From Eledone cirrhosa (lineage: Eukaryota), in the NCBI GenBank assembly GCA_964016885.1, contig OZ024745.1, positions 51,708,001 through 51,772,000 of the forward strand: a stretch of DNA of 64,000 nucleotides, in the 5' to 3' direction. Shown here piece by piece: positions 1 to 15,300 of this stretch; position 1 is the first letter of the stretch, and the number at the start of each line of letters is the position of its first letter. The position numbers and the translations under genes were made by a program. The notes beneath the pieces are model-generated. The model was not told the DNA's origin and searched no databases. It saw only the letters and a program-made list of their open reading frames with translations.

Positions 1-604
1 TTCCTGTCAGAAGCCCTCGGCCTATGTTTCTCACACACAAATTATCAACGGATGAAAAAAGGGCTATTAGAAATAGCAGTTCACATTGATATAAAATAGA
101 ATGGTATCATTTGGTTCATGTCGCCAAGCCCCATGACTAGAGGAAAGCGATGGTAACAATGGTAGTGCCAAGAACCTTTAACGGACATTAAATGCGATCA
201 TCCATTATATAACAATATAGTAGCGAGCTGAAATGTGTCAGCCACGTGCGTAGATGACCAGTCTAATTCACAACTTAAAAGAGTGAGAGACAAAATTAGT
301 AGCAGGACAAAGAGTGCATATCAAAACAGAAACAAGAATAAAAAGTGAAAAATTGTTTAACTTACTCTCAATATTCCGCTCGTTGGGATATAATAATAAT
401 AAGGGTTGAGGGACCCAGCATATTTATCAATGCCAGTACCGGTTGTATCTCAGCGCACTCAATGGGCAATGTAAGATACATTATCAGAGTATACACATAG
501 TTATTTGCCTCCACACAACACACGTAAAACGGGTGCCGATAATGTTCCCGGAATCGAGTTTCTGCAGCACTAATGCAGCAGTAAGGTGCACTGCACCATC
601 TGTC

Positions 605-643
<39 letters not shown>

Positions 644-770
644 TAATATATATTTGGAAAACGTATAAAATAACATGTAAGTTAAGCCAAGCCGATGACA
701 ACACACAACTAATATGCTTTCATTACATCTTAATTGACAAATACAAAAATGTATCAATGCGTAGCATTTA

Positions 771-891
<121 letters not shown>

Positions 892-943
892 GTATAATAA
901 AATAGATATGGTTTTATAAATATAGTTTCCATTTGTTAATATC

Positions 944-1022
<79 letters not shown>

Positions 1023-1843
1023 TATAGATATATAGATATATATATAAATTATTTTCACTATACTTAATCTGTTAATAATAGGGAAAATATCTAATATTTA
1101 TATAACAAACAAATAATTTACACATATTTGATATATTTTTAGGTCCCTTGGATATTAGAAATCATTATATATTGTCATATATATTATCGACAATATTTAG
1201 CAGAGAGAAAACATTTCTATTAAAATTTACAGAATTGGATACAAGGAAAACATAACAGTTTTGCCTTCTTGACATTTACCAATAACTTGCATCGAATGTA
1301 ATGTCACCTTAATCGACGGTGCACATATTTATATAATAATCAAAATAAGAATGTTCGAAATGATGCTATCAATATTAATTATCACTATTAAAAATACATT
1401 TATCTTGTGCGCGTGTAGAATCCATCATAATGTGTCGGGAAATGTTCGTTTCAATTCTGTAACATGCCGAATAAGATATTTCAACCGTTTTTCTTTAATA
1501 TATTGAACAAAGCTCTGATATAACTGTCAAATTCATCATCCAATTTCACATCCCAAACAAGATGATCACGAGAATTTCAGTAACAATATTTTATATAACC
1601 TTCAAACGAATGAGAATAATGGTTTTCATATACATTGGATTTGAGTCAGCAGCTTCGGTTATATTTAGCGTGCCTTCAGAGATGGATAAATAATTGTTCC
1701 GCATGGTGAAGGATTTAAATTCGTATAGATACAACAAAACTACTGCTGGTCGGCTTATTAATTGTGATCATTCACAAGTTTAATAAGTATACATACACGT
1801 GCACACACACACACACACACACACGCACGCACGCACACACACG

Positions 1844-1902
<59 letters not shown>

Positions 1903-1911
1903 ACACACACA

Positions 1912-2035
<124 letters not shown>

Positions 2036-4902
2036 GGTATAACAAATTTGATGTATTTAATGACGATAGTGGCAATTAATGATTATTGCCTGTTTTTTAA
2101 ATAAATAAATAATTATATTCAGGAAAGTCTTAAAGCTCAAAATCCATCCACAAGGACTGGCAGAGATCAGAATTCTGCTCCAGAGTTACATTTAAATAGA
2201 TTTTACTATTCAATTATTGAGTTAAATTTTTATAAGCATAATTTTCTGTTTATCGGTTTCAGTATATTCACACAAATTTAAATCACTACACATATACTGA
2301 CGGTAAATAATGCCATCAAACACATTAAATGTTAATTCAAGAAAGAGTAACGGTATCATAGTTATGTACTCATCGATTCATAATGTAAATAGATGGATAG
2401 TTAGATATACATATAAATATATACGTAGATAGGATAGTTATAGAGGCAAATAACATAAAGGTAGATAATTGATAAACAAAATGATAAACAATTCATTCTT
2501 TATAGCGTATTTTGTAATATGCGTTGGTAATATTTTAGTCATTATTGGACTAAAATGTCTTTAGTATGCTACAGTTTGTAAGTAAGGTTACTATGATTTA
2601 TAACAGAACACGAAGGTTTGTTTGTAATTTGTGAATTCAAAACTAAATTAATTCACAGACGAATTATTCATAGTAATTAGTCATTATATACATGGTAAAA
2701 CCACGGATAATTTTAGTTGAATATTTTAGAGTGAATATTTTAGAGTGCATCTTTTATTTTGGATCTCAGTGAAATTGGAATTATTTAACACCTGAATTTG
2801 TTGAATTTCGCTATTTTGAAGTCAGAATGAAATATTACTATTAATCATATTCATAGCGAAAATTTTGATTTCATGAATTTCGTCATACAACTACAAGTTC
2901 ATGGCAAAACAAATGTGACTTATCATTTTTTATATCCGTTATAATATAAGGCTAATATATAGCAAAACAATTATTGTATTAGAGGGTTCGATGATAACCA
3001 TTCTAATTCCATTCTAGAAATATTCAGTCGAACATGGGATAATAAACTTAATTATTATTTGATGATGACACAATAACTTTTGAAATGCAAACATAAGAAA
3101 AACTGTTTATTTCTGTCAACAAAAAAATTCGAAGTTTCGTGAACACCCCAAACTGTGATGATTGGAAACTTGTTTTGTTGATGAGAAGCAGTTTAAAATT
3201 TAGATTCAAATGCCAGCCACGAATGACGTTTTACATTTATGTTAATGTTCTCCGTATTATGTGTATAAAACACATGAAAGAGAAAAGTGATTTTTGAATT
3301 TGAAGTTTAATGTTTATGAAATATTTTTGTTTTTTACTTGATCAATTTACACAGTAAAACGAAAATATATGTGGTAAACAAATTATTTCCAAAAGCCGTT
3401 ATTTGATAATGCCTCAATATATCGTATATTACACACTTCCTACAAATTTATTTCAAATTGTGATTTGATATTAATATTGCCTCCAGTATATATACCCATG
3501 AGATGCTGACAATATCACCCTGCAATTATATGTTTTCCGTTACACATCCTAACATTGGAAACTAAAACAAATACAAGCGCGCACGTCAACACAAATACAC
3601 AAATACACACATACGCCAACCTAAACATATACTTATTAACATAAACTGGCAGGTAAAAGAAGTTCGTAGTTGTGTACGCACACATTTATACATGCTTTCG
3701 ATGTTGTTTTGCTTCTATTAAATACTAGAGGAACAATAATTTTTTGAAATGCATTACAGCAATTACTTTCTGGTCCTATTCTCCGGTGATAGTTTAACTT
3801 GCTATGGTTTTGTGAGATGTGTAGTGACATTAATTGGTTTACCATATTCATACTTTATTTTATAGATAAACTAGATGAAATTATCTTTGTTTCTGATATT
3901 AGATATGCACTGACATGTATATATTTAACAAATATATTTGTTTTACAACAAATTATTTAAATTACAATACATTTACCTTTTAAAGAAATCTCCCTATATC
4001 ATGTTAAAAAGAAATTATATAACAGACTAAACTACACCCCGTAATAAAGTACAGTAAAAATATTGCATTACAGTTTGTAATAAAACCACGAATGTTCATA
4101 GTGTATTTAACGAATGATTAATCGGCATATAATTTTTGGTCCAAATGATTGGCTGGCGGCATCGCATGTATACGTGTTGGGCATTAAAGAGAAAAGCCAT
4201 TAATACTTATTAGAAATCCTCCCGTCGAGAATCTTCCTATAATCAGCGAATGCAGATAATTTCTTAATAATTATGCAAACAGTTTACAGTGATGCTTTGC
4301 CCTAAGATTCTTGACGCTACGAAATGAATTATCCTATTACTTCATAATTCAAGGATATGTGGATATTGTTAATAGATTGTATGCCTAGGCATGTGTTTAA
4401 CAATGATATAACTATTTTAACACACACCCATTTTAACTTTTTCCTCTATATATGTAACTCACGTAAATACACAGTCGCAGATGCAAACACACACACACAT
4501 ACACACACATACATATAAATATATATGTGAGTGTGTGTATCAACATCCTCATCGAGGTCTATATAGACCCTGGGGATCCATATGCATATGAGTTTTTGTA
4601 TATATATATATATGTATAATGTATAGTATAAAATATCTAATTTAATAATTCCTTTATTACCAAGTACTACATCGAATGTTTCAATCATATTTTCTAGAAC
4701 ATTCTACCTCGTGTCAATCCGGCCGTCGCCGTTTTTCATTTTACATTGAAATTAACTAAATTGTTTTCCTTACTCCGTATTTCATTTTACATTTAAATCA
4801 ATTACGATAAACTTCTCCCATAATATCTCAAATCAATATTTAAAATATATCAACTGAATTATGATGTATATATTAGACTATCTATATATCTATTTCTCTC
4901 TC

Positions 4903-4944
<42 letters not shown>

Positions 4945-5336
4945 TCTCTCTGTCTCTCTCTCCATATATATATATATGTATGTATCTGTGTGTGTGTGAA
5001 AATATGTATGTATGTATATATATATATGTATATACATACAGCGAAAGAGATGGAAACTGATAACCGGTATCGTGAGAAACTTTTATTTCACAAGCCAGTT
5101 TTGTTTATGTTAATTTAGTTATTGTAAAAGGTAAGGCATTCGTCATATTTTCCAAAATTGGTATTATAATTTACAATTCATGCCGCTCGTTGCATACTCC
5201 AAGTATGATTTCTTAAACACCAAATGGGTATGTGAGCCATCATTGTAATATAAGTATCAAATGCAAACAGAGTTTTATGAAAACTGAAAACAACTGCTAT
5301 AGATAGACAGTTTGGGTTGTTCATAGACAGACAAGT

Positions 5337-5394
<58 letters not shown>

Positions 5395-5561
5395 GAAAAA
5401 GTATGACCCCGACGGCAGAGCTCAAGCCGTTTCGACGGCTATTTCTGGACTATTAGTTTGCCGACGCGGTCATACTTTTTCATATTACTCACTCTACTAC
5501 CCTAAGTATTGAGTACTCTGGTGCATTATGGTCCATCCAGTTCCTTATCACAATTCCTTCG

Positions 5562-5624
<63 letters not shown>

Positions 5625-5720
5625 CAGATCTCAACATGAATGTCACTGTTATTTGTATCTAAAAGCATTTTTCCAATTCCAACCCACCCATCCCCTCAAT
5701 CTATCTTATTTCTCATTCAT

Positions 5721-5755
5721 TCTTCTGATGAAGGACTAGCGTCCGAAACGTTGAG
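5721..5755 (+). ncRNA. Minimal type I hammerhead ribozyme motif in a PLE-type 3' end
   Basis: ctt-CTGATGA-a-ggac(tagc)gtcc-GAAA-cg-TT-gag; downstream tail (5770-5840) recurs at ~37545-37620 and ends in (TA)n. Confidence 0.6.
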
Positions 5756-5836
5756 GCCCTCTTCCTGTTATTTCAAGTGTTGACCTAATATATACCTTCC
5801 ATATAATGTACCGGTTGTGTTGTTATTTCTGTTTAC

Positions 5837-5902
<66 letters not shown>

Positions 5903-5904
5903 CA

Positions 5905-6405
5905 CAGTGCCGGACTGGGTCTAAAAATATTGGTTGCCAGGAGTTGAAGAAGGCCCACCTACATATAGAATTCTATCCTGGTCGGAAGACGGGTTCCCGG
6001 TAAACATATTCAATTTTTTCTATGGGATGTCAAATAAAAACCGAAAAAGTTTACATGTAGCACTTGACCAGGTCCGAACCCAAGGCCAGGATCGCCACCG
6101 TCTCTACTAAATACGGGTAGTCCACTGAGACAACTACGAAAATCTTATGAAAATTCATACTTATAAATCTACTTTGAAAATTTCCAAAATAAAATGATGT
6201 GGTGTCGTTCTTGTCTTTCTTAACGTTATTGTTCCTACTTAATCTCGACTTCTAAATCATTTGGGTGTTCCATCAACTACATCCTCATTTTGTCTCTCTT
6301 CTATCGAGACTATACTTTTACCTGTAATCCATGTTTCTTTTCTGTTGCACCTCATTTATACCCACCCTCTCTCTCTTTCTTTCTCTCTGTCATATTTGAA
6401 TCTAG
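5905..6405. mobile_element. Non-autonomous repeat with hAT-like left terminus and internal tRNA-like segment
   Basis: Begins CAGTGCCGGACTGG; similar left end at 8158 and complementary right end GGCCAGTCCGCCACTG ending at 10301; 5991-6400 recurs at 7347-7752. Confidence 0.5.
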
Positions 6406-6476
6406 TATGTTTTTGAATGTCAAATTCAAAATTACACTAATTGACATTGTATATATATTTATATATATTGTATATA

Positions 6477-6624
<148 letters not shown>

Positions 6625-6655
6625 AAAGAATAGAGGTGTAAAACACGAGTTGTGA

Positions 6656-7042
6656 TATATTGGTAAAAGAAAAAGAAAATGGTGACAAATTGTTCCCAGT
6701 GAAAAATAGTTTAATTAGGAATAAGTAAAAATTAGTAATAATTATTGGTTAGTATTCAGTTTTAGTTTTAAGTGTTTACCGGTTGCGCATTTCTAATGCT
6801 TTTCAAAAATAATTTGGAGATAGAGCGCCCGTGATATTTGCTCTAATCTGATTAGAGCAAACATCACGGGCGCTCTATCTCCAAATTATTTTTGAAAAGC
6901 ATTAGAAATGCGCAACCGGTAAACACTTAAAACTAAAACTGAATACTAACCAATAATTATTACTAATTTTTACTTATTCCTAATTAAACTATTTTTCACT
7001 GGGAACAATTTGTCAGCATTTTCTTTTCCTTTTACCAATATA
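6656..7042. repeat. ~390-bp near-perfect palindrome between (TA)n tracts, with HHR-like motif on each arm
   Basis: Arms 6656-6848 and 6850-7042 are reverse complements (centre 6849); TTGAAAA-gcatt(aga)aatgc-GCAA-ccgg-TA at 6892-6921; single-arm copy at ~23820-24050. Confidence 0.85.
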
Positions 7043-7264
7043 TATATATATATATATATAATTTGTTTGTTAAAATAATCAAATTAAATTAATTCAACAG
7101 TTAAACACACATAGGAATAACAAGGTTGTTACCAAAGAGCCAGAAGATTGACAAGTCGACCCTAAGTATTACTAATAGCTCCAGGAAAGCCATGAACGAC
7201 ACCACATACTTTTAGCTTTGATTTTGAAATTAGATTTATAATTGTTAAGTTTCATTGTGCTTTT

Positions 7265-7752
7265 TGTAGATGTCTCGGCGGCCTAGTTGGTGGAGTGATA
7301 GACAATGGTGATCCTTGCCTGAAGTTCGATCCTGGTCGTGAGTAAGGTTCCCGGTAAACTATTTCAGTTTTTTTCTATGGGATGTAAAATAAAAACTGAA
7401 AAAGATAACGCATATCTCTTGACCAGGATTGAACCCGAGACCAGGATCTCCATCGTCTCTAGTACCTACGACTAGTTCACTGAGACAACTACGAACATCT
7501 TCTGAAAATTCATACTTATAAACCTACTTTGAAAATTTTGGAAACAAAATGATATGGTTTCGTTCATGTCTTCTGTAATGTTATTTACTTAAGCTCGATT
7601 TCTAAATCATTTGGGTGTTCCATAAACTACACCCTCGTTTTGTTTCTCATCTATCCAGACTATATTTTAACATGTAATTCATGTTTTATTTCTGTTGCGC
7701 CACATTTCTCCCCCCCCCCTCTCTTTCTTTCTCTCTGTGATATTTGAATCTA
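7265..7752. repeat. Second copy of the 5991-6400 repeat, with inverted tRNA-like segments
   Basis: Direct similarity to 5991-6400; 7265-7345 (+) resembles the reverse complement of 7410-7495, with B-box-like GTTCGATCC. Confidence 0.6.
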
Positions 7753-7859
7753 CAATTGGGCTTACCTTATTCGTATATATATGTTTTTGCATGTCAGTTA
7801 GATTGAAACTTACAATGATTGCCATTACATATATATAAATAAAGATGGCGTAGGCATAC

Positions 7860-8128
7860 AATATAACAGGAGGAAACATAATAGTACCGCTTACGATGTT
7901 GCAGATGTGCAACGAAAGAACTTTGTTAGACTATATATATGTGTTTGTGTCTATATTATATCTGTATTTTTGACCGTTGGTCAGTCAATGGTAACATTGA
8001 GGACCGAATAAATTAAATTAACCGATATAAAAGACACATAAGCAAAAGCCAACCAAACAGTGAGTGTGTTCTGTTATTAATTCTGGCAATATTATTACAC
8101 AAATATGACCCTCCACAAGTATAACAAT
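7860..8128 (+). mobile_element. Isolated PLE 3' end (pLTR-like), same family as 9026-9290
   Basis: Diverged reverse complement of ~9026-9290; ends in (TA)n. Confidence 0.7.
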
Positions 8129-8407
8129 ATATATATATATATATATACACACATGTACAGTGGCGGACTGACTTGGTCTAAAAATATTGGTAGTCAGGAG
8201 AGAAAGGGACCCACATGCATATAGAATGCTATCATTTAATTTTTATAATGAAGAAATAACGTTTTAAACAAATACATAATGGGGAAACAAAACAGTGCAA
8301 TCAGAATTTTGCGGAAAAAAAACTTTCCTTCTCCATTGAAAAATATTTTTTTGCGAAATCCAGTGTCTTTCAATAATGACCATTGGTCTATCACACTCAC
8401 TCAATAT

Positions 8408-8443
<36 letters not shown>

Positions 8444-8599
8444 GGGAATGCGTGTATATGTGTGCATGTATAAATGTCCATGTATATATATAGAATCATA
8501 TATATATAGGCATAACATGTTTTCAACTTGTACAAAAATCCCTAGGTATCTAATTGACGTTGTATTTATCTCTCTCTCTCTCTATATATATATACATAA

Positions 8600-8678
<79 letters not shown>

Positions 8679-8785
8679 CGCGTGTGTGTGTATTTATATA
8701 AATATATATATATATATATAAATATCTGCCAATACTGGAATTGTATAATCAAGACCGTAGCGGTATGCATATATGAAAACATATA

Positions 8786-8845
8786 TGTTATCTGATGAAT
8801 ACGTACTGGAAAAAAACACCACAGTACCTTTGAAATATGTATAAT
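8786..8845 (+). ncRNA. Degenerate hammerhead motif
   Basis: tgtta-t-CTGATGA...gtactg/cagtac stem...GAAA-tatg-TA-taata; related tail remnant at ~884-945. Confidence 0.4.
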
Positions 8846-8894
8846 ATAGCATATATTTTGATTATGTGAATATCTTTCATTTGTTAATATTTTG

Positions 8895-8940
<46 letters not shown>

Positions 8941-8993
8941 ATATATAAATACATATTTAAATGTATGTATATGTATGTGTGTATGTATGTATG

Positions 8994-9025
<32 letters not shown>

Positions 9026-9032
<7 letters not shown>

Positions 9033-10160
9033 ATACTTGGGGAGGGTCAAATTCGTGTAATATTGCCAGAATTAATAACAGAACACACTCACTGTTTGGT
9101 TGGTTTTCGCTTTTCGCTTCTGTGTCTTATATATCGGTAATCTAATTTATTCGGTCCCCAATGATGCCATTGACTGACCAACGGTCAAAAATAATACGGA
9201 TACAATATAGACACAAACACATATATATAGTTTATCAAAGTTCTTTCGTTGCACATCTGCAACATCGTCAGTGGTGCTATTGTTTTCTCTCGTTAAATTG
9301 TATGTCTACGCCATCTTTATTTAGTCTGTTTATATATTTATTTATTTATTTGTTTGTGTGTTTATTTTATTTTGTCTTCTTTGCGCATGCGTTTGCGTGT
9401 GTGTATAGTGTTTTGTTTGAGGTGTGTTCGTGATTGGGTGACTGTGTATTGGTTAATGTATTCCATGTTTACTAGTGTGTGTTTATATGTGTTTGTTGTT
9501 ATTGTGTTTGTGTATATATTTATTTATTTATTTATGTATTTATTTATTTATTTATACTTATCTTAGGTCAGTGTTGTTTGTTTGGGTGTTATTGTTATTC
9601 CATTCATTCTTTCTGTTTAGTCTTGGCCCTCTAAGTTCTATTTCACTGGCCTCTCTGATTTGCCTATCTGCTGGGTAATTTCTATGTTTAGATATTATTC
9701 TAATTTCTATGTTGTCTATGTTACCGTCGTGTTGTTGTCTGGCATGTTCGTATAGTACTGACCCGTTTTTTCGTCCTTTTAGTTCCCCCCAGTGTTGGTC
9801 TATCCTTTCACCTATTCTACGAGCTGTCTCGCCTATGTATGTTGTTGTCATGTTTCTGCAAGTACCCTCTGTACATCTTATGCTATAGACTACGTTTCTA
9901 CTTTTACAGTTTATCCGGGGGTTTACCTTACATATGATACATTTCCTATTAGTACAGTGGGTTTTCTTAAAAGGGTAGATTTTGCTGATCAGGGATTTTA
10001 TGGTGGTTCCTGGCTTTTCTACCACCTTAATCTTGAAGTGGGTCTTTCTCAGGGCATTTCTACACTGGTTAGCTAATTGGTTTCTATTAATTACCTGGGG
10101 AATTGGTTGACCAAATGCTTTGCTTGATTGTTTTATTTGTTAAAAAACATTATTATTTCT
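9026..10160 (-). mobile_element. 5'-truncated Penelope-like element: GIY-YIG endonuclease remnant plus 3' end
   Basis: ORF 9558-10025 has a Cys-rich linker and NVVYSIRC...YIGETARRIGERIDQH; CTGACGA-t-gttgca(gatg)tgcaac-GAAA on the minus strand at ~9243-9271. Confidence 0.8.
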
Positions 10161-10454
10161 CTTAGACTTCAGGTATTTTTTGAAAGTAAAGCATTGGTCC
10201 CTAAAATACTCTAATGGCCCCTGCAATGTTACTGTGGTCTCCTGTGTTACTGGGGTCCACTCGTCATTGGGCTACCTAGCAACATGGCCAGTCCGCCACT
10301 GTATTTATATATATATATTTATGTTTGTATACTGGTGGCCCTACAGTAACTGGACGTTACAATCCCTATATATATATATATATGTCTATTCCTTTCATCA
10401 TATGTATCTGGCATAAAGCAACTTTTGGAGATTTTTCTATAAACCTAGTTTTCA

Positions 10455-10563
10455 TCCCGCCGAGGTTAACTTAGCCTTTCATCCGTACGGGGTCGATAAA
10501 ATAAAGTACCAGTAATACACTGAGATAATTGCTGGGCTTGTGCCAAAAGTAGAAGCAATTATT
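10455..10563 (+). mobile_element. tRNA-SINE, 5'-truncated copy
   Basis: Shares GCCTTTCATCC..CGGGGTCGATAAAATAAAGTACCAGT core and 3' end with four other copies. Confidence 0.8.
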
Positions 10564-11739
10564 ATAAGTATGAATTGTAAACATTTCCAACGATTCTTTT
10601 ATTCGCAGATACATCAAAACTCATTACCCTTTTTCTCCACAATCCAAGATGTTTGTTCTTATCCTTAAATCCCAAATCATCAGGAATTGACTCCACGATA
10701 ACATCTCCTTTCCGTGTAAATTAACACAGTTTACTTGTAATCATTGGGAAACACTATGTATATAGAAAGCAAGACTCTAAAAGGTTTTAGTTAATTTAAT
10801 TTTTATTGAGGATATTCTATTGCTTTTGCTGTTGTTTATCTTTAAGGAAATATATTCAATGAACTTTCTATGTATAATTACCGTATAGCAGCACAAATGA
10901 AATGGTACTGCATAGTGATAAACCGATTGATTTTAACACTATCTGGTGTGAAATAAAGTTTGTATGGGAGTTCTCTGAAATTGAACCCTATAACGAAATA
11001 ACATTATGGGCAAAATCGAAGAAAGTGTTGGAAGTTATAATTATTAAATTATATTTATTTACTGAACGCTGAACTGTATATTGACGATATTTATTTAGTG
11101 AAGGCTAAACTGTATATGGACAATATTTATATATAGTGTTAGTTACAGAGTATGAAATTTGAAATATTTGGTAAGGAAACCAGAATTGGCTGCAAGGAGA
11201 CACAAAATAACTACGAGACTTATAGTAAACTGAAATGGGTGTTTTCCTTTGAATACTTTAAATACTTGCGTACGTTTGTACAAAATATTGAGATGAAAGA
11301 CACATTGATAACAGCAAAATTAATGACATGATTCAAGCAACGGTTTATTTCGTTTTCTTCCAAATATCTAATTTAATAACATAATTGGCCTTCTGGCAAA
11401 TTTCTGAAGTGTATGTAATTTTTCTTCCGAGTAAATAGAAGCATAAATCTTCCGTTACCGAAATCACATGGCAATATGAAATGTCTTATTCCTCAAATGA
11501 ATATAATGCTTACAAAACTTAACCATAGCAAAAAATAAATAATAAATAAATAAATTATATGAAAGCCTCAAGAAATCCTAAAATAAGTAGACATTATTCA
11601 ACAAACTTGTTTACTTTGAGGAAAGCAATTTCTTATATTTCCTTTAAGTATTTCTTCGTAACATTTAAAGAAGGAAACACTGCAAACCACCGACCTAGAT
11701 ATATTTGATTATCGACTATTCTGGCGTATGTCATTGCAT

Positions 11740-11790
<51 letters not shown>

Positions 11791-11802
11791 TTAATATAGA
11801 TG

Positions 11803-11853
11803 AGATTCTACAGGACTAGAACTGTTTCATTCTTCAGAAATCATCAGGAATCT
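11803..11853 (-). ncRNA. Type I hammerhead ribozyme motif (family of 54864-56089)
   Basis: Minus strand: agattc-CTGATGA-t-ttc(tgaa)gaa-t-GAAA-cag(ttctagtc)ctg-TA-gaatct, followed by a short tail into (TA)n. Confidence 0.7.
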
Positions 11854-12040
11854 GCTTAGAGTGACAAATGCAAAGATAATTCTATAAACCAGTTCAAATA
11901 TTGGGTGCCTGTCATTATTGTCATGTTTCTCTAAGCAATAGTTCAGGGGTCTACAGACATATTCACATACACACACACAAACACGTACACACACATATAC
12001 ACATTTTACATATATATATACACCCATATATACACACATA

Positions 12041-12110
<70 letters not shown>

Positions 12111-12354
12111 CTTTCTTTATTAACCACAAGGGTTTACATAAAGTAGACATTAAGGACAGTACAGGACAATACAGGGCGGTACAAATGGGCCTTTCTGCGT
12201 TTAAAAAAACAGAGGATGGAATAAAAAATAACAATGACAAATTCCCCAATAGGGGGGAGACTTCCGAGAGACATTTGTGGAGAGAGCCCATTAAAAGGCC
12301 ACAGTGACCCTGACCACCAGGGCAAGTGCCCTCTCCCAGTTTTCCACCTTTAAT

Positions 12355-15300
12355 TTACAGACACATACTCAGAGTAGGCCTATTCACACGGGCTATACTT
12401 GCTTCTCTCACCCATCTTTCAACAAAATGCTGGGAAGAGAGCACTTCCCTCTCTACCCTGATTTTCCTTTTCAAATGAAATTTGAAAAAGTTAATCAGGG
12501 CATCACCGAAGAGGTAAGTGCTCGTGTTCAGCCCTTTCAAACGTGCCCACCATACTATCTCTTTCGCCATGGCCACAAGACAGATAAAAACTGCCTGCCC
12601 TTCCCGGCTAAAAGAAGAGGGCGGGGGAATCCTCACGATGGACTCAGCTGATAGCTGGATCCGTCCTACACGTGACAGCAGGTGTTCGACATAAACCCAC
12701 AAGTCAGCAATGCTCGGACACTGGACGAGTGCGTGCAGGACGGTTTCGTCGCCCTGCGCGCATCTGGGACATGCCCGGCTGACGGCACCTCCATGCCTGT
12801 AGAGTTTATGCCGAACCGGCAAAGCTCCTCGGTAGCACTGCCAGACCAGGGATTTCTGGAAGTTGTCCATAGGCCCCGGCCCGAAAGTCCTTCCGAAGAG
12901 ATTGGCTAGTTGATTTTCGTCGACGCCTAGAGTTTCTCCAAGTACATTGTCGCTCTTCCCCTCCACTAAGCTCGTATAGAACGCCAAGGTGGAGTTCCCA
13001 CCGATCACATTGCCCGATTGGTCGAGGGCTGTGAGCGCCTGAAGACATTCCAGTCACCAAGCGCTCCCTCTCGGTCTTTGCTTGACACAGGACTGCAGCT
13101 TCGTCAAGGAGACGAGCTGGGGAAAGACGTGTCTAGCAAACGGCGACCACACCTGATCACCGTCGAGGAAGAGGTGGAGATGTCGTAGCCTGAGCGCGTG
13201 TCTCCGCATCATCAGCCACGGTATGCCCAGACCTCCACGTAGCGGGTGTTGACAGCAGATGGACCGCCTGACCATCGGAGCACGTCCCTTCCACAAAAAG
13301 CGAAAGAGCAAATGCTCCAGCGCAGTCAGGCGGGGCTTAGGACAAGGTACGACGGTCAGGCGGTAGTAGATGACGGACGCGATGTACGCGTTAGCCACCT
13401 CCGCTCGACCTTTCAGGGATATCTTCCTCTCCGCCCATTTGTGGGTGAGAGAAGCCACTCTGCTCGTCACCTCGTCCCAATTTTTGTCCGTCTGTAGGTC
13501 CGGACCGAACCAGACTCCTAGCAATTTAACCGGTCCGTCCGTCTAGCGCCCGACGACGCTGTTGGACGGCATGGACCTGTCTCTCCAGGTGCCGAGCTGC
13601 AGGCCCACTGACTTTTCCTGGTTGATCATTGCTCCTGTCACCGCTTCGTATTCTCTTAGTGTAGTGCCGATCGCCTCGATGTGTTTGGCGTTCGACACCA
13701 CTACGGTGACATCGTCCGCATATGCTGACACGAATCTTCCGCACCCTAGTTCGCGCGGGACCCCCCCGCCCCCCTCAACGTCTCCAGTTTGTGCAGTAAT
13801 GGCTCGAGAGTCAATACGTACAAGAGGGACGAGAGGGGATATCCTTGGCAGACCGAGCGCATGATGTTGAATGGTTCCGAAAGGTCACCGTTCAAATTCA
13901 CCACAGAGCATATGTCGCTGTGCATGGCAGCGATCCAACCTCTGAAGACGGGCCCAAAGCCAGCCGCCTTCAGGACTGCCGCCATGTAACGATGGTCGAT
14001 ACTATCGAAAGCTTTCGACTGATCTAAATTAATCAAGGACCCACCCGTGCCAGGTTCCCTAGATACCGTCTCTACGATGTATCGCATGAGGTGGAGGTTG
14101 TCGTGGATGGATCTGTCGGGAATGGCGCATGTCTGAGCCTCTCCCACCAGACCACCAAAGACAAGCACCAACCTTTTTGCTAGCACCTTGGCCAAAATCT
14201 TGAACTCTGTGTTTAGCAGAGTTATGGGCCTGAAATTATCTATGTTATCTATGTTATACCCCTTGTTCGGATCCTTTCTCAGCAGCGCCACAGCTCCTCG
14301 GCTCACAGAGCTGGGAATTCTCCCGTTCTGTTGTCAGTTGCAGTAGACGTCCGCCAAGAGGCCTAGGAACAAGTCCGGCATCTGTACGTAAAGTTCATAG
14401 GGCAGATCATCCAAACCAGGCGATTTACCCCTTGTGCAGCCAGTCATTGCCTCCCGTACTTCAGAGGCTGTTATCGGCTTTTCGCAACACTCCGCCTCAG
14501 TGGCCGAGAGCCGCAGCAGTCCGTCGAGGTAGACACTAAAGTCTATCCCTCGATCCGGCCCGCCGCTGCCCCCGAACAGCTGTGCGAAGTGTCGCTGAAA
14601 AGCTTCACACATTTGCCCGGGATAGAGTAGCATGCGCCCGTCGTGGTCCACCAAAGACCGGATCGTGGCTTTGTTGCAACGACGCGCCTCCGCCACTCGG
14701 GCCCATTGGACTGTTCGTCCCCTCGTGTCTGAGAGCACGCACCCTAGCTCTGACAACTCAGCCTTCGTGCTTTGCATTGAAGAATTGGTCAAGGGCCAAT
14801 TTCGCAGCAAGTACGTCGGTCGCAATGCCTTTGCTAAGCGCCTCGTCTAATATTCTAACTAATTCTCCCTCTGCTCTATTTTTCTCTATTGCTAAAGCCT
14901 TACTAAACCTAATGGACTCTATTCTAATTGCTCTTTTCAGAGCAAACCACCACTTGTTGTTGACGATGGCCCCCGTCAACGCCCGCTTAACTAGTTCGCT
15001 AATCCGGTCTCTGTAGACCTTGCGCGCTGGTAAGGACGCGTTTAGCTTCCAATAGCCGGGTCCTCGTCTATGAAGCCTATCTAAGTCAAGAACACAAATC
15101 ACGAATTTGTGGTCCGTGTAGCTGACTATCTTGAATTGTGGACAGCCTATGCTAGACCTATCTATTTCCCTACAAAATACTCTATCTAGATATGGTCTGG
15201 ATGACCCTATGCGATTTGTCCAAGTCCACATTGGCACATTCGGGAAATCCAATCGGTACCTGTCAGACAGTTCAAAACGCCTGAGCAGGTTGGTGAGACT

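Noticed and set aside
8158-10301. Single hAT element bounded by CAGTGGCGGACT..AGTCCGCCACTG
   Set aside because: No convincing 8-bp TSD pairs either left end (5905 or 8158) with the right end
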